A stretch of 47,779 nucleotides of DNA from Christensenellaceae bacterium. GTDB taxonomy: Bacteria; Bacillota; Clostridia; Christensenellales; UBA1242. Both the position numbers and the translations under genes were made by a program. Positions 33,962 to 41,029 of the stretch are shown here, in pieces. The notes under the pieces were generated by a model, which ran no database searches, was not told where the DNA came from, and saw only the letters and a list, made by a program, of their open reading frames with translations. Each line of letters opens with the position of its first letter. Within the stretch, counting starts at the first letter, position 1. The DNA lies in NCBI GenBank assembly GCA_031256235.1, contig JAIRQZ010000009.1:1-47779 (forward strand). Reading direction: 5' to 3'.

Positions 33962-36303
33962 ATTTTGATTCTCTCGTCTTCAAGTGAAACACGGCAATTC
34001 GTTTTGGAACTTTCGGAAAGCATAGCCTCGGCAATCGGGTCTTCAAGTTCGGTTTGGATAAGGCGTTTGATTGGGCGCGCGCCGTATTCCGACGCTCCGC
34101 CTTTTTTGGCAAGGTAGTCGATGACGGGATGTTCGATGTGAAGTTTGATACCTGCGGCCTCGAGTTTCAATGTAAGGCCGTTGATTAAAAGCGCCGTGAT
34201 TTTTTTGATATTGTCTTGGGTAAGCGAGTTAAACACGACGATGTTGTCGATGCGATTTATGAATTCGGGCTTGAAGCGCTTACGCAGACCCTGCATGATA
34301 AGGGCTTCTTCGTTTTTCATGTCGCTGTCGGCCGCGCTGAATCCTATGGTTGCGGTCTTTGATAAATTTTCCACACCACAATTGCTTGTCATGATTATGA
34401 TTGCGTTTTTGAAACTTGTCACACGGCCTCGGTTGTCGGTCAATCGGCCTTCGTCAAGAACCTGTAGCAACACGTTGTACACATCGGGGTGGGCTTTTTC
34501 GATTTCGTCGAACAAGACAATGCAATATGGGTTGCGACGGACGCGGTCGCAAACTACGGCGCCTTCGTCATAGCCAACATAGCCAGGAGGTGCGCCAATC
34601 AGTTTTGATACGCTGTGGGATTCGCCGAATTCGCTCATATCCAACTTGATAAGCGACTTTTCAGACGCGAACAGGTGCTTTGCGATGACTTTGCAAACTT
34701 CGGTTTTACCGACACCTGTGCGCCCAAGGAACATGAATGACCCGACGGGACGATTTGGGTCACCCACGCCTGCGCGTGAACGGCGGATTGCTTTTGCGAT
34801 ATACGACAGTGCGGTATCTTGGCCAATAATGCTTTTTTTAAGTTCTTCTTCAAGATGTATAAGGTTTTCACGGTCGGAACCTGTCATTTTTGAAAGCGGT
34901 ATTCCTGTGGCGCGGGCGCAGGCTTCGGCGATGTTGTCGGCGGTAAGGAACGGCACGTCGTCGGTGGCTTTCTTGCCGACCTTGATGTGGGCACAGGCTT
35001 CGTCCAACATGTCGATTGCTTTGTCGGGTAAGTTTCGGTCGTTGATATACCTGTCCGACAAGGTGACCGCGGCGACGATTGCGTCATCACCTATCATAAG
35101 GCCGTGGAATTTTTCGTATCCAGACTTGATACCACGCAATATTTCGATGGCCTGGGTGGCGGTCGGCGGATTGACAATTATGGGTTGGAATCGACGTTCA
35201 AGCGCAGAGTCTTTTTCGATGAATTTACGATACTCGTCGGTAGTTGTCGCTCCGATTGTTTGAAGTTCTCCACGTGCAAGGCGTGGTTTTAACATTTCAC
35301 TTATTCCGACTTCGCCCTCTTTGCCCGTTGCGGTGGTTATTTGATGAAGTTCATCAATAAACAAAATTATGTCGTCGCGCTTGGTCAAAGTTTGAATAAG
35401 GTGTTCAAGCCTGGATTCAAGTTCACCACGGAATTTCGTGCCCGCCATCAAAGAGCCAATGTCCAGGCTGAAAATTGTTTTGTCCTTTAACAAGTCTGGC
35501 ACATTGCCCGCCACGATGCGTAAAGCAAGGCCTTCCACGATTGCGCTTTTGCCTACGCCCGCCTCGCCGATTAAAACAGGATTGTTTTTGGTTTTACGGC
35601 AAAGGATTTCGATGCAACGCGCTGTCTCGTCGTCGCGCCCGATTATGTTATCGATTTTATTTGCTTTGGCTTTTGCCGTCACATCATAGCCCATTTGCAA
35701 CAGTTCGGGTGGCAAGGTCGAATTCACTGGTGCATTCGCGGGCTGCGATACTTCGCCCGTTACCGTGGCGAACGGTGCGATTTTTTCTTCCATGCCGTCC
35801 GACATCATGAAGTCTTGGCTTATGCTTGTTTTTTTCGTAAGTGGCGTCAATCTTTTGGGGTCTATGCCAGCGTCGCGCAAAATCAATTCCACAAGAGCCT
35901 TGCATGTTCCCTTGCCAAAGGCCTCGATGACTTCGATAGTTTGCAAACATCCCGCGCAAAGAACAAACAAAAGAGCCTCGGACACTACTGCGTTTTGGCC
36001 GAATTCGGTGCTTATAAGGTCCGCGTCTTTTAATAACGCCGACACAGTCATGTCGGGCCTGTGTACCATTTTTACCGCAGTGATTGTATCAATGGTTATG
36101 CCTACGCTTGCCAAATACTTTGCAGCAAGACAATGGGTCACCGCGCAGGCACCATAAAGCAAGTGTATGGGCATAGTCGGCATCGGACTGCCACCAGAAC
36201 TTGCGACATTGTTCGCGGTCTTTATAATCGTGTTAACATTTAATGACACGTTCATAACTTTATTGTAAAACAATGTCGAATTAAGGGCAACTGATTTACA
36301 CAC
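33949..36303 (-). CDS. clpC: Clp/Hsp100 AAA+ unfoldase, ClpC-like
   Basis: It has two AAA+ modules (GEAGVGKSA and GRTGVGKTE), Clp_N-like repeats and an IGF loop for ClpP docking. It lies downstream of mcsA-mcsB. The start may be the Met at codon 17. Confidence 0.85.
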   Translation of the reverse strand: MCKSVALNSTLFYNKVMNVSLNVNTIIKTANNVASSGGSPMPTMPIHLLYGACAVTHCLAAKYLASVGITIDTITAVKMVHRPDMTVSALLKDADLISTEFGQNAVVSEALLFVLCAGCLQTIEVIEAFGKGTCKALVELILRDAGIDPKRLTPLTKKTSISQDFMMSDGMEEKIAPFATVTGEVSQPANAPVNSTLPPELLQMGYDVTAKAKANKIDNIIGRDDETARCIEILCRKTKNNPVLIGEAGVGKSAIVEGLALRIVAGNVPDLLKDKTIFSLDIGSLMAGTKFRGELESRLEHLIQTLTKRDDIILFIDELHQITTATGKEGEVGISEMLKPRLARGELQTIGATTTDEYRKFIEKDSALERRFQPIIVNPPTATQAIEILRGIKSGYEKFHGLMIGDDAIVAAVTLSDRYINDRNLPDKAIDMLDEACAHIKVGKKATDDVPFLTADNIAEACARATGIPLSKMTGSDRENLIHLEEELKKSIIGQDTALSYIAKAIRRSRAGVGDPNRPVGSFMFLGRTGVGKTEVCKVIAKHLFASEKSLIKLDMSEFGESHSVSKLIGAPPGYVGYDEGAVVCDRVRRNPYCIVLFDEIEKAHPDVYNVLLQVLDEGRLTDNRGRVTSFKNAIIIMTSNCGVENLSKTATIGFSAADSDMKNEEALIMQGLRKRFKPEFINRIDNIVVFNSLTQDNIKKITALLINGLTLKLEAAGIKLHIEHPVIDYLAKKGGASEYGARPIKRLIQTELEDPIAEAMLSESSKTNCRVSLEDERIKICLK

Positions 36304-37282
36304 GAGATGACTTTAACAATTCACAAACACGTTTGGCGCGGATTTTGTCACGTTCTGTGACCGCACTTGCGCGGTTGTCGGTCGTCACAAGTGTTTGAGG
36401 TTGGATTACAAAAAACAGGTCGTCAAGGATTCGTTGGTTTTTGAACTTCACGATTCCAAGGTTGCTGCCAAGTTTTAACATCGCGATGTATTGTACGGCC
36501 TCGGCGCTTGTCAACAAATAAGCATTTGTCAAAATACCCCAAGCACGCATGACGCTGTCGATGACTTCGACGGGGCGACTTTTGTATAATTCAGTTTGCG
36601 CCTTTACCTCAAGTTCCACGATTTGCGTTGCGATACTTTTAACCATCTCAAGAATTTGCTTTGGTTGCATGCCGACACAGGCTTGGTTAGATATTTGGTA
36701 CATATAACCGCACGCATCGCTACCCTCGCCATAGACGCCTCGGACGGTAAGATGTTCGTCTGAAAGTTGGTCGGCGATAAACCCAATTTGCTCGTCAAGT
36801 GTAAGTGCAGGCAAAAAAAGCATGACACTTGCGCGCATACCACTCCCCAAGTTCGTGGGGCAACTTGTAAGATATCCAAAGTCCTTGCGGTGCGCAATTT
36901 TGTGTTGAGATTCGATGTCTTTTGAAATTTTATTTGCAAGAGTGTACGCTGTGTCCAAATCGAACCCAGTTTGAATCGATTGAATACGTATGTGGTCTTC
37001 CTCGCCAAGCATTACGACAATTTTATTATCGTTACGGGAAACAATCATCGAGTTCTTTTTATTTTCGATAAGTTCAAGAGATATAAGGTGTTGTTCAAAA
37101 AGGGCGCGACTCATTTCAGGCGCAAGTTGCGACACATATGTCGATACAAAGTTTGTGTTATTAGATTTTATTGTGTTGGCAAGTCCCTCAAAAGCACCCG
37201 CAACCTTGGTTTTAAAAGGCACGGATTCAAGGTTACGCGCCAAACGGACACGGCTTGACACAACAAGATTGTTCAGTTCCAT
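36296..37282 (-). CDS. mcsB: Protein arginine kinase McsB
   Basis: It has the ATP:guanido phosphotransferase motifs (SSRVRLARNL, CPTNLGSGMRASV). Confidence 0.9.
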   Translation of the reverse strand: MELNNLVVSSRVRLARNLESVPFKTKVAGAFEGLANTIKSNNTNFVSTYVSQLAPEMSRALFEQHLISLELIENKKNSMIVSRNDNKIVVMLGEEDHIRIQSIQTGFDLDTAYTLANKISKDIESQHKIAHRKDFGYLTSCPTNLGSGMRASVMLFLPALTLDEQIGFIADQLSDEHLTVRGVYGEGSDACGYMYQISNQACVGMQPKQILEMVKSIATQIVELEVKAQTELYKSRPVEVIDSVMRAWGILTNAYLLTSAEAVQYIAMLKLGSNLGIVKFKNQRILDDLFFVIQPQTLVTTDNRASAVTERDKIRAKRVCELLKSSRV

Positions 37283-37464
37283 TCCGCTACCTGTCTGGCT
37301 ATTTCGTCATGGAACACGTCGTAACATACACTGCAACCAAGTTTGTGGGATTGCAAATAATTTTCAAATTCGTACCCGCAAGACGGGCAAATCGCGCGTT
37401 TTGAATCGCATCCTTGCGTCTTTTTGAAAAAGTCAATAAGTTCTCCGCTGAAGTTTATTATCAC
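37273..37464 (-). CDS. mcsA: McsA-like small zinc-finger protein
   Basis: CPSCG...GCSVCY (two CxxC pairs) lies directly upstream of, and overlaps, mcsB. It starts at a GTG with no clear SD. Confidence 0.55.
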   Translation of the reverse strand: MIINFSGELIDFFKKTQGCDSKRAICPSCGYEFENYLQSHKLGCSVCYDVFHDEIARQVAEWN

Positions 37465-37487
37465 GAAAAAATTTTATCACAAGGGTA

Positions 37488-37516
37488 TTGATTTTTCAAA
37501 CAAAATAGGGTATAAT
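37488..37516 (+). promoter_or_regulatory. Sigma-70-type promoter
   Basis: TTGATT (37488-37493), a 17-nt spacer, then TATAAT (37511-37516). There are only 7 nt to the ATG at 37524. Confidence 0.55.
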
Positions 37517-37523
37517 CAATGTG

Positions 37524-38015
37524 ATGAAAAGATTTATATTTTTTATTATACTTGCGGGCGGTATTGTCGGCTCTTCGGCTGTTGTACTTTTTATGAACAA
37601 GTACTTGCCTGCTGGCGCCATTATGAAAAATGGCAACAAAATTATGTACAATTTTGTTAAAGGAGTAGCCAAAGGGACATTTAAATTTGGAACGACCCCT
37701 TCCCACGTTTTCATTTATGCGATGTTTGCATTCCTTGTAATCAACGCAGGCATATTCATCTCGATGATTTTACTATTCCTTTTAAGTGGGTTGACTTTGT
37801 TCCGCATCAAGCGCTTTTATCGCATCTCGCTTTGGTATCTTTTTTCGGCACTTATCTTGACCGCATCATGGATGTGGTTTAACATCAAAACAACAGGTGG
37901 CAGTTGGAATCTTGACGCCGCTAAAGAACTTATGTGGATTCCGGGAATTCCTTTGATATCTGCCCTTGTGACAGTAGTTCTTGGTCTTGTTTTTTCAATC
38001 GGCCGGCGGCGGTAG
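37524..38015 (+). CDS. Membrane protein, unknown function
   Basis: It has four or five hydrophobic helices and a promoter directly upstream. Confidence 0.45.
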   Translation: MKRFIFFIILAGGIVGSSAVVLFMNKYLPAGAIMKNGNKIMYNFVKGVAKGTFKFGTTPSHVFIYAMFAFLVINAGIFISMILLFLLSGLTLFRIKRFYRISLWYLFSALILTASWMWFNIKTTGGSWNLDAAKELMWIPGIPLISALVTVVLGLVFSIGRRR

Positions 38016-38583
38016 TTTTCACGCTTTCGGTAATATCAACGCCTGTGATATTGTCAAGGCTGTGAAAGAACGCATCCAAAATCATTTCAACTCGCTTGCT
38101 TCTGTCGGTGGGTGAAAGGTTGTCCCAATCGCCTTTAAAGTCTTTCATTCGACGGCGTACAATAACCCAAAGCACGTCCCACATAACCGAGATAAGGAAC
38201 GAAAAGCCAACTACGAACACGCCAACCAACATGATGACATTGTGGCTTGTGTCCTTGGTGGTCGCAATAGCGATGCAAACAAATGTGGCATTGATAATTT
38301 TCATAGCCCACTTCGAGTATCGTAAAATGAATCGGGCTTGGCGTTGGAATTGTTTCTTTTCAAAAAGACTGTTAAGCGCAGCGACCTTTGAAACGAAAAA
38401 AATTATGTAAATAATGGTAATCGAAAGCATGCACCAGTTAAGCCAAGGCGGGCCAAGTTTAAATATCAATAATAATACCACATACAAGATGTACATGATG
38501 GCCATGAAAAGGCTACCCACATCGGCAATGGTATCAATCAACCGCGCGGGCTTTATTTTTGGCTTTTCTACTTCTTTCAACAC
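37930..38583 (-). CDS. Membrane protein, unknown function
   Basis: It has several hydrophobic helices. Its 3' end overlaps the convergent gene by 86 nt. Confidence 0.4.
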   Translation of the reverse strand: MLKEVEKPKIKPARLIDTIADVGSLFMAIMYILYVVLLLIFKLGPPWLNWCMLSITIIYIIFFVSKVAALNSLFEKKQFQRQARFILRYSKWAMKIINATFVCIAIATTKDTSHNVIMLVGVFVVGFSFLISVMWDVLWVIVRRRMKDFKGDWDNLSPTDRSKRVEMILDAFFHSLDNITGVDITESVKTTAAGRLKKQDQELLSQGQISKEFPEST

Positions 38584-38611
38584 TATATATTATAACGAAA
38601 TTGATTGATTA

Positions 38612-39226
38612 TCAACCGTTTCGATACCTCCCCTTTTTTAAAACTTCGCGCAAGGTCACAACATATGTGCTCTCGCTTTGTGTGTTAACGCTTGCAAGCA
38701 TAATCAGTGCAAAGAATCCAATCGACCAACTGTGCAACGCAAAGCACGCGACAAAGAAAAGCGCAGTAAAAGTTAGATTTGATATTACGTACAATACTTT
38801 CGTCATTGCCTTGTTTGCAAAAAGTTCGATGGCTTTCCCGCCGTCCAAAGGATAAAACGGCAAAAGGTTTAACACCGCGACCGTAATGTTTGCGAAGATG
38901 AACAGCCCAAGGCTGTTGAAAAATTGAGGTACAAGCCATAATAACGCACCCGCGACGACGCATGCACACATATTGCCAAAAGCACCCGCCATCAATATGG
39001 TGGCCTGGCACGAACGTTTTAAGAATGCACAATCTATACTTACCGCACCGCCGAACGGCAACAATGTGATACGGCTTGCTTTTACGCCGAAACATCGTGC
39101 AGTCACGGCATGCGAAAACTCGTGTATCAAAACCGCCAACACGCACATCATCATGTACAGCCCAAGCCCGTACCAAATACTGGCGGCCACTACAAACAAA
39201 AACAGAGGATGAAAGACAATGCGCAC
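38612..39226 (-). CDS. M50 site-2 metalloprotease, SpoIVFB-like (no CBS domain)
   Basis: It has HEFSHAV (HExxH) in a TM helix and the second motif NLLPFYPLDGG. Confidence 0.8.
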   Translation of the reverse strand: MRIVFHPLFLFVVAASIWYGLGLYMMMCVLAVLIHEFSHAVTARCFGVKASRITLLPFGGAVSIDCAFLKRSCQATILMAGAFGNMCACVVAGALLWLVPQFFNSLGLFIFANITVAVLNLLPFYPLDGGKAIELFANKAMTKVLYVISNLTFTALFFVACFALHSWSIGFFALIMLASVNTQSESTYVVTLREVLKKGRYRNG

Positions 39227-39237
39227 ATCAATTAATA

Positions 39238-39882
39238 TTAATTGGCCTCGACGATTTTGCGTACAAGTTCGGGTTTTGAAAGAAGTTCCCCCGCACCGTT
39301 AATAACCGACATACGGTCACCAAGGTGCTTTTCGACATTCGGATAGTGCTCTTGAAAGCCAGTAAGTGCCAGGTCAAATTTCGAAAGGTCGTGTAAAGTG
39401 CCACCGTCAATTATTTCGGGGCCACACAAAACGGCCATATCTGCGGATTCGCCATCAGTGATGACGCTTAAGAATTCGGTTTTTGCGCCCAGTTTGAACC
39501 CCGCATGGTAGGCGCTGGCAATGACGCTTGGTATGAATGTTGCGTCGGCGACACCCGCAGTATAAACGGCGGTTTTGTAATCGTTCAATGCGTTTTGGTC
39601 AAGGCTCGAGGGTATACAGACAAGGCAGTCGCACATTGTGCCGACTTTTTTCAACATTGCCGCCACAAAAACCGATGAATGTTCGACATTGATAAGGGCG
39701 CCTTGGCGGATTACTTGTTTAAAAACCGTGTCTGGGCGGTCAAGAAATTGGAGCGCGGTTTTACCCACGGCCGTGACCTTGCCGTCGGTGACAGCAATTA
39801 TCGAAGGCTCGTTAAGAACTATGCCCTGGCCTTTTTTGTATATAAGAGTTTTTTCCTCGCCAATGAAAACAGCAAAATCCAA
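39238..39882 (-). CDS. Truncated, motif-degenerate MreB/actin-like protein
   Basis: KTLIYKKGQGIVLNEPSIIAV and LVCIPSSL are collinear with MreB. However, phosphate-1 DLGT reads FIGE, DIGGGTT reads ITDGESA, and the protein is only 214 aa. Confidence 0.5.
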   Translation of the reverse strand: MDFAVFIGEEKTLIYKKGQGIVLNEPSIIAVTDGKVTAVGKTALQFLDRPDTVFKQVIRQGALINVEHSSVFVAAMLKKVGTMCDCLVCIPSSLDQNALNDYKTAVYTAGVADATFIPSVIASAYHAGFKLGAKTEFLSVITDGESADMAVLCGPEIIDGGTLHDLSKFDLALTGFQEHYPNVEKHLGDRMSVINGAGELLSKPELVRKIVEAN

Positions 39883-39891
39883 GTGTGCTCC

Positions 39892-40317
39892 TTAACGCTT
39901 CGAGAATTGCGGTGCGCGACGGGCTTTTTTAAGGCCGTATTTTTTACGTTCTTTCATGCGCGGGTCGCGTTTCAAGAATCCAAGTTTTTTAAGTTCGGGT
40001 TTTAATTGTGGATTTTCTTTTATAAGTGCGCGCGCGATGCCGTGACGGATTGCACCAGCCTGACCGCTTAAACCGCCACCCCCGACATTTACTATGGCGT
40101 CAAAGTTTTTGACTTCGGCGGACGTAAAAGGTTGGTTTACGATAAGGCGCAAGAAATCGGAAGCAAAAAATTCTTCCAAAGTTTTTGTGTTGACGACGAC
40201 TTTGCCTGTACCAGGAACCAAGCGCACGCGAGCGACACTTTTTTTGCGACGGCCACTTGCGTTTGTGCCGTTCATTTTGATTTTAGGATTTTTTGGTTTT
40301 GCTACTGTTTGTTCCAT
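39892..40317 (-). CDS. rpsI: 30S ribosomal protein S9
   Basis: It has [19 protein letters not shown] and the C-terminal [12 protein letters not shown]. Confidence 0.95.
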   Translation of the reverse strand: MEQTVAKPKNPKIKMNGTNASGRRKKSVARVRLVPGTGKVVVNTKTLEEFFASDFLRLIVNQPFTSAEVKNFDAIVNVGGGGLSGQAGAIRHGIARALIKENPQLKPELKKLGFLKRDPRMKERKKYGLKKARRAPQFSKR

Positions 40318-40319
40318 TA

Positions 40320-40766
40320 TTATTTGTTTCCTCCGACAAGAGTGATTTTGCGCGGTTGTTGAGCCTGATGTTCGTGTTCAGGGCCTTTATAGACTTTAAG
40401 TTTTTTGAACATTTGACGACCAAGCGAGTTTTTTGGCAACATGCCCTTGATTGTGCGTTGGACTGTGACGTCGCTTTTTTTCTCGAGCATATGTTTGGCT
40501 TGGACGTGTTTGTCGTGGCCGATGAAGCCACTGTGAGTAAAGTAGGTTTTATCTTCCAACTTGTTGCCCGTAAGGACTACTTTGTCGGTGTTGACAATTA
40601 TGACGTAATCGCCAGTGTCGACGTTCGCGGTGAAAATCGGTTTGTGTTTCCCGCGTAAAATTGACGCAACTTGGGACGCCAAACGCCCGATAGCCATACC
40701 CGTCGCGTCGACCAAAAGCCATTCGCGTTTTATGTCGGATTCTTTCGCAATGTAAGATTTTTGCAT
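40320..40766 (-). CDS. rplM: 50S ribosomal protein L13
   Basis: It has [28 protein letters not shown] and the conserved L13-S9 gene order. Confidence 0.95.
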   Translation of the reverse strand: MQKSYIAKESDIKREWLLVDATGMAIGRLASQVASILRGKHKPIFTANVDTGDYVIIVNTDKVVLTGNKLEDKTYFTHSGFIGHDKHVQAKHMLEKKSDVTVQRTIKGMLPKNSLGRQMFKKLKVYKGPEHEHQAQQPRKITLVGGNK

Positions 40767-40818
40767 TCTTTAAGTATATGGTTTCGTAATCCCTATGTCA
40801 AGTGGAATTTTCAAGTTT

Positions 40819-40892
40819 TGGAGCGGGAGATGGGAATCGAACCCACGCTATCTGCTTGGAAGGCAGGAATTCTACCATTGAATTACTCCCGC
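40819..40892 (-). tRNA. tRNA-Gly (anticodon UCC)
   Basis: A 74-nt cloverleaf: acceptor GCGGGAG/CTCCCGC, anticodon loop CTTCCAA, T arm GTGGG-TTCGATT-CCCAT, encoded CCA. Confidence 0.9.
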
Positions 40893-40900
40893 AAAGATGG

Positions 40901-40976
40901 TGGTGATCCGTCCAGGGCTTGAACCTGGGACACCGTCATTAAAAGTGACGTGCTCTACCAACTGAGCTAACGGACC
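40901..40976 (-). tRNA. tRNA-Lys (anticodon UUU)
   Basis: A 76-nt cloverleaf: acceptor GGTCCGT/ACGGATC, anticodon stem CGTCA/TGACG with loop CTTTTAA, T arm CCAGG-TTCAAGC-CCTGG, encoded CCA. Confidence 0.9.
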
Positions 40977-40990
40977 AGAACCACCATCAT

Positions 40991-41019
40991 ATTTTAGCAT
41001 ATGGATTTTTGATTTACAA
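40991..41019 (-). promoter_or_regulatory. Promoter for the tRNA-Lys / tRNA-Gly / rplM-rpsI unit
   Basis: On the minus strand it reads TTGTAA (41014-41019), a 17-nt spacer, then TAAAAT (40991-40996). It lies about 15 nt upstream of tRNA-Lys. Confidence 0.5.
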
Positions 41020-41029
41020 GTGTATTATG

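Noticed and set aside
34646-35263. The six-frame track shows many long antisense or alternative-frame ORFs inside clpC, recJ, rnj, clpX, the GLUG gene, obg and others. Examples are 34646-35263 (+), 18623-19165 (+), 38685-39176 (-) and 6-746 (+).
   Set aside because: They lie wholly within strongly supported genes. They have Arg/Ser/Cys-rich or low-complexity composition, no motifs and no SD. They are shadow ORFs.
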